Shown here: in pieces, positions 50,901 through 61,644 of the stretch
Layout: the number at the start of each line of letters is the position of its first letter
How positions within the stretch are numbered: the first letter of the stretch is position 1
Assembly (NCBI GenBank): GCA_963796965.1
Contig: CAWCNS010000003.1
Span: 21,374 to 85,373, forward strand
Direction of reading: 5' to 3'
Length of the DNA stretch: 64,000 nucleotides
DNA from: Calditrichia bacterium
GTDB lineage: Bacteria; Calditrichota; Calditrichia; JAJRVZ01
The notes under the pieces: generated by a model
Databases searched by the model: none
Seen by the model: only the letters and a program-made list of their open reading frames with translations
Told to the model about the DNA's origin: nothing
Position numbers and translations under genes: made by a program

Positions 50901-53900
50901 CACTCTGTCCCTGACTTACCGTATCAGGTATTATCGCCAGACTGAGTATATTAATATTTGCTGTAGATTGTACCACTAACTGGTCAGTTTGATCAGCTGA
51001 TGAAACACCCGTCCTTTCATTGTCATTAATATCCACATAGGAGAGAGCGCCATCCACCGTGTAGGTCGTATCTAAAGCATTGCCATTTACATCAACATCA
51101 AAATCAATGGCCTGACTCTGACCAGCCGGCAACATAAAAGGCAGGGTCGGAGGTGTGACTCTGGAAATTGTGAAATTCGTATCGACATTCACGCCGCTTA
51201 AGAGGAAATTGATATCAACACTGTCTAACTGTGCGCTTGACCTGTAGGCACCGGCTGCATTGGTGATGATCACACGACCGCTCAGCCCTGTTTGACCGGC
51301 GCTGGCTATGGATGGACTTATTGTCACACTATCCATCGCGACCACAGGACGATCCTGAACCAACCAGGTATGCGGATTCACTGCCCCATTGATCACAAAG
51401 GGATTACTCGTCAATACTTCGGTGGCCACCAATCGGGCATCTACTGTATCCGGTCCGCTGGTAGCTGTTGCATTAGCATCAACCATAAAACTAAAGGTCG
51501 TGTCTGCACCTGCAGCCAGATTGATTCCTGTACCTAAGACCGGACCTGTAACCACATAATTTGTATCGCCACTGGCAAAGTTCAGATCCAGACTGTCAAC
51601 ACGGGTTAGCGTGCTGCCCTGGTTGGAAATGCGTACCGTAACAGCTATGCTGTCCTGACCTGCGCTTATCTGAGTTCTATTTGAGGCAACACGAAGAATA
51701 CTTACTGATCCCTCTCCACCTACCTGCCACGAGGAGAGATAATCCGAGGTTGTATTCACATTCACACCACGGTTGATCTCAACACCTGTAATCGATCCAG
51801 CCAATGAATCGGTGCCCAGAGGTGTCGCCGTTGATACATCTACCTGTACGTATACCGTGTCTATGGAATGCCCCGCCAAATCATAAGGAAAGGCCGGTGA
51901 TACCACTTCACGGTTATAATAGGTATTACCATTCTTAAAATTAATCGTTACATCGCTGATCCGTGCTGTCGCCCCGCCGTTATTCCTGATTATTAAGGTA
52001 TCGGCTACATCATTGTCACCGCGCAATACCGTAGCCGGATTCAATATCGATACCACCTGCAATACCGCAGGGGTCTGCAGGGTAAGACTATCAGGCTGCT
52101 CACTGCTTAGCGTATCAACGGAGAAACCGGTGATGCCATCGGTGCCATAGGCAGCCAGATCCAATACAATATTACCCGAATCCAGCGGTACTGAAGCTGC
52201 CGATAAATTAAACTCGGCTATAAAACTTTGTCCCGAACTAAGTAGCGGTAGATTGGTCGGAAGTGTACGTAAGGCACTTAATACAGAATGGCTTTTTGAT
52301 CCATTAAATAAAAGGGCCAACGAATCGATCTGTACTGAGGCTGCTCCACCATTGCGTACCGCTGCCTTAACCACAACACCACTCTGACCAAGGGTCATCG
52401 TCTCGGTATCCGTAAACACACTATCAACAACCAATAAGCCTTGCGTACCGACATTCCATGTATGGGTGGTAACCGCACCACTATCTGATGAAACCCGTGA
52501 GATATCGTTACCATCATGATAGTTCACAAATCCGTCAAGATCTAAGTTACCTGTAAAGGCCGGGGAAACATCCACATTAAAGAAAACCGTATCACGATCC
52601 GCCGGAGACTAATACTGTCCGCCAATGAAGCAATAAGAAGGCTGTCGGTGATATTACCTGATGGTATATCAAAGATACCGGCACTATCTAAAATAGCCGT
52701 CGCCTGACCCTGATTGATCAAACGTAACTCAACAGAGAGATCTTCCTGTCCGCTGTTTACCTGGCTGTTGGCATTATACACCCGCGTGATCACCAGATCG
52801 GCAGGGGTTTGTACATTCCAGCCATCTAAATAAGCAGAAGTCGTTGAACTAACCGAACCCGTACTCACATTACGTCCAAAGACAAAACCACGTAGGGAAT
52901 CAACACCCGTAGCCGCTGATCCAGTAATATTCACTGTAAAATTATAAATACGATTTGCTCCGGCAGCAAGCGTATCCGGCAGAGTGGGTGAGGTAATTGT
53001 AACCGGATTATTATTGTTCAGAAACTGAATACCAATACTGTCAACGCCAATGATCGCTGCCGTTTCACCCGTATTCTCAACCTGCATACTCACCGGCAGA
53101 TTGGCCTGACCCTGGGTGACCTTTGTGGATGTTGCCACCAAAGAAAGGATATCCAAAGCAGAACCGGACTGTACACGCCAGTTTGCATATACTGCCGGAT
53201 TATCAGCCTGATAATTTGCGCCACTGTTCACATCACGATAACCGATCACCGTACGGAAGGTATCAGGGCCTGTGGCCGCTGAAGGAGTCTACAACAACAT
53301 CATATACAAATAGATCCGAATCGCCGCCGGCTATCGTTACCGGAAAACTCTGACCAGAACTCAATGCCAGCGCATAACTGGAGTTATAGTTAAAGACGAT
53401 ACTATCCCGTGAGCTGATCTGGGCGGAGGCCTCGCCACTATTCACCACCCGGACCGATAGGGTCTGCCCGGTCTCGCTTTGACTAACCACTGTATCACTA
53501 AGCTGGATCGTGGATACAGCAATAAGAGAAGCGGATTGGACTGTAAGACTATCCCCTACCCCTGTCTGCAGACTGTCCTGATAAGGAACACCATTTTGTG
53601 TTCCACTAAGGTTCAATATTCCTGCATAATTACCCGAAATAAGGGTGATTGCAAGAGGAGCAAACCGGAGTGTTGAATTCGTACCGGAAGCTATAACCTG
53701 GTCACCATTCAGATTAAATACTTGTCCGCCAAAATCTAAAGTGGTTTGAGTTTGATTCAAAACTACATTGGCCACACCACTATTATTGACTGTTACCTCA
53801 AAACCAACCGATTGATTTTCAGAAACCTGGGTTGGAGTATAACTAACTAAAGTGACCGAGGCGCCGCTAATAATTTCGAAGGATTCAGGTGTCGGGGCAG

Positions 53901-56900
53901 CATCATCAAAGACATAGTTGCCATTAATGGCTAAATTTCCATCAACCGATCCGTCAACCAGGATGGTATCAAGCGGAGCTCCTGCCGGAACCGGAACAAT
54001 ATAACGTAATGTGGTTGACTGCCGCGAGGCTAGAAATGCAGCATTGGCCGGGTCAGGAATAAGAGTAGTGCCAATATCCGGTACAAATAAAAGATCACCG
54101 GATAAGTTATTTACCTGAAAAAGACTGTTATTTCTTACAAGCATTTGAATATATCTGACTGTATCCCCCTGTACCACACGCTTTGCCGGAAAGATAGGAT
54201 CATTAAAGGTAATGGATAATATTTCCAGCGGCGCTAAAGAGAGTTCTCCAGGATCCATAGCCAGGGTTCCGGATATATTTTGTCCATCGGATGTCCCTTC
54301 AAAATCTACAGTCGGGGTATAATTTCCAACAACCATATCTCCGGGGATTTCGGTATTATTAAAAAAGATTTGAGAGGAATCGGTTCCGGGCAGTAGATAT
54401 TGTGGTGTACTCAAGTTACCACTGGCCGTGCGCAGGCCATCAGTAAAAGATAAAACTGTATTGGTCGTATCAAGATGCACAGTGTCCTGACCCGGATTGG
54501 AATAATAGGCGGAGAAATCTACCGTATCACCTGCAGCCGCAACTTTTGGATCTAAGCGTATTGGAAAAATAGCGTACCGCATAGATATTAAAGTTTGCCG
54601 TATCCGTCAGACTGGTAATAAACGCCTGAGCAAGACTTGAATCTTCAGAAGTCGGTGTATTGTAGACCGTCTGGGCCAGACCAGTTCCGTTTGTAACAAC
54701 ATTAGCAGACAATACCCGTGAAACCGGGAGAAAATTGACAATCGTATTGCTGGCCGGATTACCATACTGGTCCAGGGCCTGAGCCAGGATGGTACGATTT
54801 CCTCCGGCAATAGTAGTCGTGTTATTGCCATCATAGGCAATGATAGTATTTGCCACATCATGATTGGCGGTTGCTGTAAATAATGCCGTGCCAAGTCCTG
54901 CAGCTGAAGCCAAAAGTGTGTCTGGTCCAGCCGGTGTTCTTAAAATCCAGTTCGTTGAAACCAAGCCAGTGCTATTGGAAATATTTGAGATTACAGAAGT
55001 ATCACCATCAGCTGTCGGTGTCCAATCTACCAGGATTCCCGATACAGGATTTATATATTGATCGACAACCCGTGCCTGAATTGGTAAACTCAATGTATCA
55101 CCTACAATTCCTGTTTGCTGATTACCAGCGTATACAAGAATTGTATCAGCCGCATCGGCAGTACCGTGAATGCGAAACATCACGGGTTCCCCTCTTAGTG
55201 CTCCGTTAAATGCGCGGATACGATAGGTACCGATCTTATTTCCCAGGGTAAAACTTGTAGATGCAAATCCGTTACTATCGGTATTTACAAAAGTAGGTGA
55301 AACACCATAGCCAGTTGCTCCCGATGGCAATGAATCAACCGAAAAATTTATTCTCACATCGGATACAGGGTTTTTCAAACTGTCAAATACCAAAACGACC
55401 AGATCGGAGACTGTTTGGGCCACCGTATCCGTTTGATTATCTCCTGCAAAAAGACGAATGCTGTCAGCCGATTGTGGAACCACACTGGCCCTAAAAAGTA
55501 ATGTATCGATACCCGGAACTTCAGCATAGGCCGTATCCGGTCCGAGCGTACTTTTTAGCTGCCACCATGCTAATGATTGACCTAATTCATCAGTTGTGGG
55601 TCCATCTGGTGATAAGGAGCCATCACTGGGCGTAGACCAATTGACCGTTGCACCGGGCACCGGATTGCTAAAGAAATCATTTACCAGCACCTCCAGACCC
55701 GTTTGAAGAATGGTATTTGCTTCACCGGTTTGATCATTTCCAGCCAGAATCAAAGCACTATAGGCCGTTCCGGGTGTAACCTGAATAAGACCAGAGTTAT
55801 CAGATAATAACCCACTTTGAATATGAATAATTGCCGCATTAACTGTCGTAAAATAAAATTTATTTGAATCGACAACCGTACTGTCAGCAAAATAACCAAT
55901 GATTGCACCCTGAGTAGACCAACTCACCGGCTGATCGCCCAGGTAGTTGCCTAAATAATCATAAAAGGCAGCCCAGAGACTTATGGAATCTCCGGCAGCA
56001 CGGGTTAGGGTATCCAGAGGAATGCCACCATTGTTTGGTTGGGTACGCAAAACGATACTGGTGGCTGTACCTGATTGTACGACGAGGGTACCTGTGCTAT
56101 CATTTACCCATCCGGATCCGTTTGTGGTAAAAACCTGACCCGCTCCCGGCACATCCGGTGATAATATCAATTGACTAACACTCGTAATCGGCGGTATTAG
56201 ACCCGTCAATGTTCCGGTACTATCCCAATCCACGCCCACATCGGCCACAAAATTGCTATCCGCATCATAACCTGCTGAATAAAGCGTCAGGGAAGCACCA
56301 ACCATTAGTGTATCATCGGCAACAACGGATCCTGTACCCCCTGGTGCATTTCGAATAACCAAATAGGTCGTTCCACCAGCACTTACACGAATCAAACCTG
56401 TTGTACTATTAACCAGCGCATTGCTTGTATCGGCGGCCCGGATGGTTCCTGAACCAACCGTTGTCGGATCAAAAATGATACTGTCATTTGGATTCGTTGT
56501 TATGAAATCTCCGATTGATCCGGTTATGGTCCAGTCTGCTCCTGCTTCTCCTAAATAATTGCCGTTGGCGTCGTAAGCGACCGCATAGAGAGTTAATAAA
56601 CTGTCTGTTGTCAGACTGGTATCTCCAACCACCGGTTGGTCGGCACCACGCGCGCTTTGTAGGCGAATAGAAGACTAATAGACCTTCGGAAACAGTAATC
56701 GTACCCGTTGTATCCGGTAAAACACCCGGTGTGGCATGGGTAGCCACAATACTACCGATTGACGGCGCTGTCGAAGGAGAAAACACCAAAGTGTTTCCTG
56801 TACTATTTATCGCATCAAGGGTACCGGTTGAAGACCAGTTTACCGATTGATCGCCTAAATAATTATTGAATTCGTCATACCCAGCTGAATATAAGCTGAG

Positions 56901-59637
56901 GGTCTCGTTTGTAGACAAGGAGGTGTCACCATAGGCTTTACCGCCATTGCCAGAAGCTGTCCTGATGGTAATATAAAATAATGTGTCCGCATTAACGGTT
57001 ATCAAGCCACCCTGGCCATTCACCGCCGAGTTACCTGAGTTTTCTACGCGTACCGTAAAGCCACCGGATACCACTCACTTACCTTAACGACTGTATCGGC
57101 CATTAAAACTTATAGTTGGATGGACTAAATCCTGCTGTTGCACTCCCCGCATTCGATAGTATCGTCCCGGTTGGCTATCGCATTGCCAAACTGATCACGG
57201 GCTGTAACCACATACGCTAAACTATCACCGGCCGTGATCGACTGCGGGCCGGAAGGACTTAAGGTATAATAACTGACTAAACTACTTCTTAAGGGAAGAT
57301 CTAAGGTATCATAAAGCTTGTGTTATATCTGATCTCGATGCGATCTACCAAAGGTCAGGGCATCACTGGCTGTATATAAGGCTTCGGCTACACCGCCGGC
57401 ATTCGTCGTCGGGCTGATTGGCCAGAGAGTTACTAAAAAGACCACTGCCAATAAATCGCGTAAATACACCGTTGAATCAGAAAGACGGTTGCCATACTGA
57501 TCCTCTAAGGCATACTGAAGTAATCGCTCACCACCAACATTGATCGAATCACTACTCGATATCATCACAAAATGATCGGCGTTCTCAGGACCGACCGTCA
57601 CTAAACCACCCGTGATCGTTAAGATGGGGTTATGGTATTAACCACTCGCACCGCAAATGATCCCGCTGTCGTATCACTGACGCGGAAGGTAAAACTACTC
57701 GCCCCACCAAATTCATAAGGTCCCGGACTGAATCCGGCAGAATCACTGCCTACCGCGGTTAAGGTAACACTATCGCTATTCGCTACCAGGTTACCATACT
57801 GATCATAAGCAGACAAGTGTATAAGCTAGACTATCCCCGCCACAATCGTATCTCGAGGCGGGTGTTAATCCATAATAGGCCACATTTCCTGCATCAGTTC
57901 CGATACCAAATTGTACGCTATCGGCCCGGTTCGCCACTCGTAAGGCGGTGACAATATTTGAATCCACTACCGTTCCGGTCATAAAGGTGATCTGCGCCAG
58001 ACCGAAGCATCCGTAACCACATCGACACTATCCTGACTGTTCAGATTTCCGCCACCGGCACGTACGATAAAGCGGATTGTATCGCCCGATACCACATTGG
58101 AAAATTGATCGGTGACGCTGCCGGATAATAAAATCTCGTTTCCGGCAGGAATACCAGTTGTATCAGGTGTGATTTTACTAAGTATTAAATTACCAGCCAC
58201 ATCTAGCATTTACGGTTATCAATCCACTTTGTGCGATAAGATTTCCATTCACGGCACGCAGGGTAAATGCCCCGGCGACCGAATCACTCACCGTAAAGGC
58301 AATGCTGTCACTATTGTTAAAACTATATGGGGCTGCCGGATAAATTCCGGCGGTATTACTCCCCAATATCGATAGAGTAACCGTCGCATTATTTGCGTGC
58401 CGGATTACCACTCTGGTCAAAGGCATGCAGTACAAAATAGAGACTATCTCCTGCTGCCAGGGTATCGTTGGTAGAGGGTGTTAGTGTATAATAGGCCGGT
58501 TGCGCTGCCACCACCGCCACATTTTTTGATGCACCACTGGTTAATTTTTGTGTACTGGAATCTAATTCAGCGTCATAGGTACTGCCAAAGCATTTGGTGG
58601 GATCAGGTGTCGTTGGCATGAGCTGGATAAAATCCAACCACCAGGGAATCGATAACATCAAACTCTGAAGTCTGTACGACAATTGAGTCATCTGGCGTCA
58701 ATATGCCAGGTAGCAAATCCTGCGTCTGTTGGTGGATCGGTAGACATCCGCGTAAACGCCAGATTATTATTGATTTTGATACTGTGTAACCGTGGGTGTA
58801 GTTAGCAAAGGGATTGCCGATAGAAAAGCGGTCTAATTTACCTAACCCAACCGGAGTCGCATCTATAGTTCCTATAGTATAAGTAAAATTGCCAAGTCCT
58901 CCTGCTTCAACAGAAATAGGTGAGATCAACCCTTCCGCACTATCCACATATTTATTATGGAAAAGGATGGCCATACCGGCTGCCACGGAGGCCGCTGTAT
59001 TAAAACTATATTCCACGCCATCCGTCGTATTTTTCTTGATCCCGATCGTAGCACTGCTACCACCGTTAAATCCACCCGTAAGTATATTATATTGAAGTTT
59101 TATCAGATTACTTTGTTCATATAAAATAACCTGACAAACATTGATTGCCCCTGCTCCTCCATTGCGTTGAACATCCCATTGTATAATGACTTTGCGGTTA
59201 GGTGCTGTACCTATTGTATCATAGTAGACATTCCCGCCACCTCCGGCAATACCGATCATTTCGTCCCAATAAACGGCAATCAAACTATCCGGTCCGGCTC
59301 CTGCAGGGATGGAACCGTTAAGTAAATAACTTGGATCTCCACCCGACGGCTGGGCAAAACTCACCCAACCGTTAGTCGAGACCCAAATTTTACTAAAGCT
59401 TTCACCATAGAATTGAAAACTAAAGGGAAGATCAAAACTTGCTGTATCATCCTCAGTGACGGAAAGATCCAATAGTTCCGTTCCGGTCCGGGCATCGATC
59501 CAGTTATAATCAACTGATACAGTGCCGGAGGAATTCGTCCACATATGACCAAAGCTGTCCACACCTCCCTGATCGGCTTGCAGGAGAGATGCATTAAAAA
59601 GTAAAAATATCAGCCATAAATAAAACCGTTTGAACAT
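41905..59637 (-). CDS. Giant (~5,900 aa) secreted Ig-repeat surface protein/adhesin with a T9SS type-A-like/FlgD-Ig C-terminal domain; broken into more than 15 ORFs by probable sequencing frameshifts
   Basis: One signal peptide at 59637 (MFKRFYLWLIFLLFNASLLQA). A chain of abutting or overlapping minus-strand ORFs shares the same T/S/V/G/D-rich composition with no evident intergenic gaps. Recurrent D-x-x-G-N Ig-like modules. C-terminus TYPNPFG...IYIFTLVGELV...WYGKN...LNGVYLCVL...KKIAFIK*. Confidence 0.78.
47116..49497. repeat. Copy A of a ~2.4 kb near-identical intragenic direct repeat (period 3,966 bp)
   Basis: 47121 TTACATCAACATCAAAATC aligns with 51087; identity persists to GGGTCTG at 49491-49497 / 53460-53466. 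Confidence 0.95.
51082..53466. repeat. Copy B of the ~2.4 kb near-identical intragenic direct repeat
   Basis: Matches 47116-49497 except scattered, mostly third-position substitutions and three extra bases (52598, 52611, 53288). Confidence 0.95.
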
Positions 59638-59801
59638 TTCATTTACCTTAATTGTTGTATGTTAGGTAGTCATATTCCTGAAACCACAAAAACAGGACCA
59701 AAGGATCCTGTGAGAAACTGCCACTTATTTCAAATTTCTTATCTTTCAATATTCATACCTCTCGCAAAGTCGCGAAGACGCAGAGAAAAGATTTATTCTC
59801 G

Positions 59802-60323
59802 TCATTTAAAAGATACTTTGTTTCCGTTGCCTCTCGATGTACAACGGGATAAATCTCCCCCCGACTGAGCCAGGAGAACAACTTCTTTCTCTGACTTCTT
59901 CTGAATAATATGTGACTTGAGGAGGTTTGCGCGGAGAACCATGGTCAGATCAAAAATGGTAACTCCCTGCGGTGGATAGAACCTGAGTGTTCCTTCCTCC
60001 TGATCGTATTTCCAAGCAAGAATATTTTCCCGATCCGCTTTTCCTTCATTCATGATCAACCAAAGTTGCTGAGCATCCATCTCAGCAGAAACCACCGTCC
60101 ATAGCACTTCGGTACCGTTCATTTTTATAGTAAAATAGTCTATCCCTTCCCCAGCTGAGCTGGAAACCGAGAGCGTTAAATCCTGAGGACTATTGTTACG
60201 TTGAAGCGAATCTGTTAATACTTCAAAAGTAATATCTGAACGCAGGGGTAAAGCCTCCTGTGCTGCTGTTTGAACTATCATACAGATGGTGAGAAAAAAG
60301 ATGAAAATCGCTTGTTTGAACAT
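59802..60323 (-). CDS. Exported hypothetical protein, first gene of the adhesin block
   Basis: AAGGAAG RBS, signal peptide ending TAA/QE, beta-rich, 173 aa. Confidence 0.75.
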   Translation of the reverse strand: MFKQAIFIFFLTICMIVQTAAQEALPLRSDITFEVLTDSLQRNNSPQDLTLSVSSSAGEGIDYFTIKMNGTEVLWTVVSAEMDAQQLWLIMNEGKADRENILAWKYDQEEGTLRFYPPQGVTIFDLTMVLRANLLKSHIIQKKSEKEVVLLAQSGGDLSRCTSRGNGNKVSFK

Positions 60324-60405
60324 TTATCTTCCTTAAACTTATAATGTTATTATTCTAACACCTGGTTTGTTGTTATAGTACCGCGAAATTTTTTAATTTC
60401 TTTTA

Positions 60406-60432
60406 TGATCGGACAAAGTTCTGGATTATTAA
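60406..60432 (-). promoter_or_regulatory. Sigma28-like promoter motif upstream of the adhesin block
   Basis: Minus strand TTAA-N15-TCCGATCA, about 82 bp before ATG 60323. Confidence 0.35.
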
Positions 60433-60703
60433 GAGTTTACCTAAATTATTATGATCATTAGTGATAAAACGCACACGAGTCTAAGACAATGGGATATTGA
60501 TCACATTTAATAGAATTTCTTGACAATAGGGTATATGACAATATTTACATCAGTTTTCGTACTAGTTGAGTGGGATCATTAGAGAAATATTAAAATATAT
60601 TGTTTGTGGAAATTGGAAAGATCATTGCAAATGCAGGTCGCCTTTCCTCTTTTTCATCTACTTCCAGAAGGACAATCTATTTTACATGTAAACTTTTTTT
60701 CAA

Positions 60704-61047
60704 TTAATTTACATCATCTTTTTTGCCTATTAATGTAATCGGATCATCGACTATAGTTTTTGAAATCACATCATATGTTTCTGATACGCCTTTCTTAAGT
60801 TTATCATATGCAATTTCAGTGATTTCTGTTGTTTGATCAGAATCCTTCTCAACAATATATGTCGCTTTACCATTAAAAGATTTTGCATCAATTTCAATTT
60901 TTCTTGCTGCTTCAATCAATATTCCATCATCCTTCTTAATATTGTTTTGTTTTTTATCAGGAGTTGTTATATTAATAGGTGCCTTGGTGCTTTTGGTTTT
61001 TCGGGTTTATTCTTTTCATTATTCTGGTTTGAATCGGGACTACTCAT
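60704..61047 (-). CDS. Small charged hypothetical protein, probable frameshift near 60985
   Basis: Strong AAGGAGGT RBS before ATG 61047 (MSSPDSNQNNEKNKPEKPKAP); a one-base shift joins it to APINITTPDKK...IEAARKIEIDAK of ORF 60704..60919. Confidence 0.5.
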
Positions 61048-61071
61048 ACTACCTCCTTCATTTTACTTTGG

Positions 61072-61344
61072 CTATATTATTATTGGATCTAATAGAACAT
61101 TAATTTCATGGGAATCAAGTATACCCGAATAGCGGTTTAATACAATACCTTTTCGAGTAATTAACAATGTAGGTACACCATAAATACGATATGCATCACA
61201 GATTTCCTTTTTGTTTTCAAAATTCACTTCCTGGATAATAATTTCTTCTGTATAATTATCCAAACAATTATAGAGAGCCCGGCGGGTGATCTGGCAATCC
61301 GGATTATTAACTTTACAAAAATAAGTTAAAGTTATTTCATTCAG
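61072..61344 (-). CDS. Thioredoxin-fold protein lacking canonical CxxC; start uncertain
   Basis: In-frame extension reads LNEITLTYFCKVNNPDCQITRRAL...VNFE...YRIYGVPTLLITRKG...RYSG (cis-Pro GVPT motif). Confidence 0.55.
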   Translation of the reverse strand: MNEITLTYFCKVNNPDCQITRRALYNCLDNYTEEIIIQEVNFENKKEICDAYRIYGVPTLLITRKGIVLNRYSGILDSHEINVLLDPIII

Positions 61345-61526
61345 TTTTTTTGTACCTGATATTATTTTCTAAAAAGGTTTTATTTTATACATCCACTAAA
61401 AATATGGTAAGAAACTTGCCAATATATCTTATTAGCCAAGGTGAAAAGAAAACGAACCGAAAGGTAAAACCCTTCTTTAATACGTCTATATCCGTTATTG
61501 ATAATTTTCGAGAAAAACAGAATCAG

Positions 61527-61574
61527 ATGTTGCAACGTTTGTAATGTTGCGACAAAAACGTTGAATGTTGCTAC
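61527..61574. promoter_or_regulatory. Three direct repeats ATGTTGCNAC in a divergent intergenic region; candidate operator
   Basis: ATGTTGCAAC at 61527, ATGTTGCGAC at 61544 and ATGTTGCTAC at 61565. Confidence 0.45.
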
Positions 61575-61644
61575 CTTTTAATATCTAAAAACCAGAGTAG
61601 ATAAAAAGGGCAAAACAGTAAACCAATATTGGGAGTAAAATAAT

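Noticed and set aside
47116..53466. Pure assembly duplication, or DGR template/variable repeat pair
   Set aside because: The copies differ at mostly synonymous sites and continue as diverged in-register protein repeats. No adenine-specific pattern was evident and no reverse transcriptase is in the window. Read-level confirmation is still needed.
41905..59637. Higher apparent GC of the giant gene as evidence of horizontal transfer
   Set aside because: Visual impression only and plausibly explained by Gly/Ala/Thr/Val-rich composition; no mobility genes or att sites flank it.
59763..59786. CGCAAAGT-CGCGAAGA-CGCAGAGA octamer repeat upstream of the adhesin
   Set aside because: Only three degenerate units with no inverted partner found; too little to assign.
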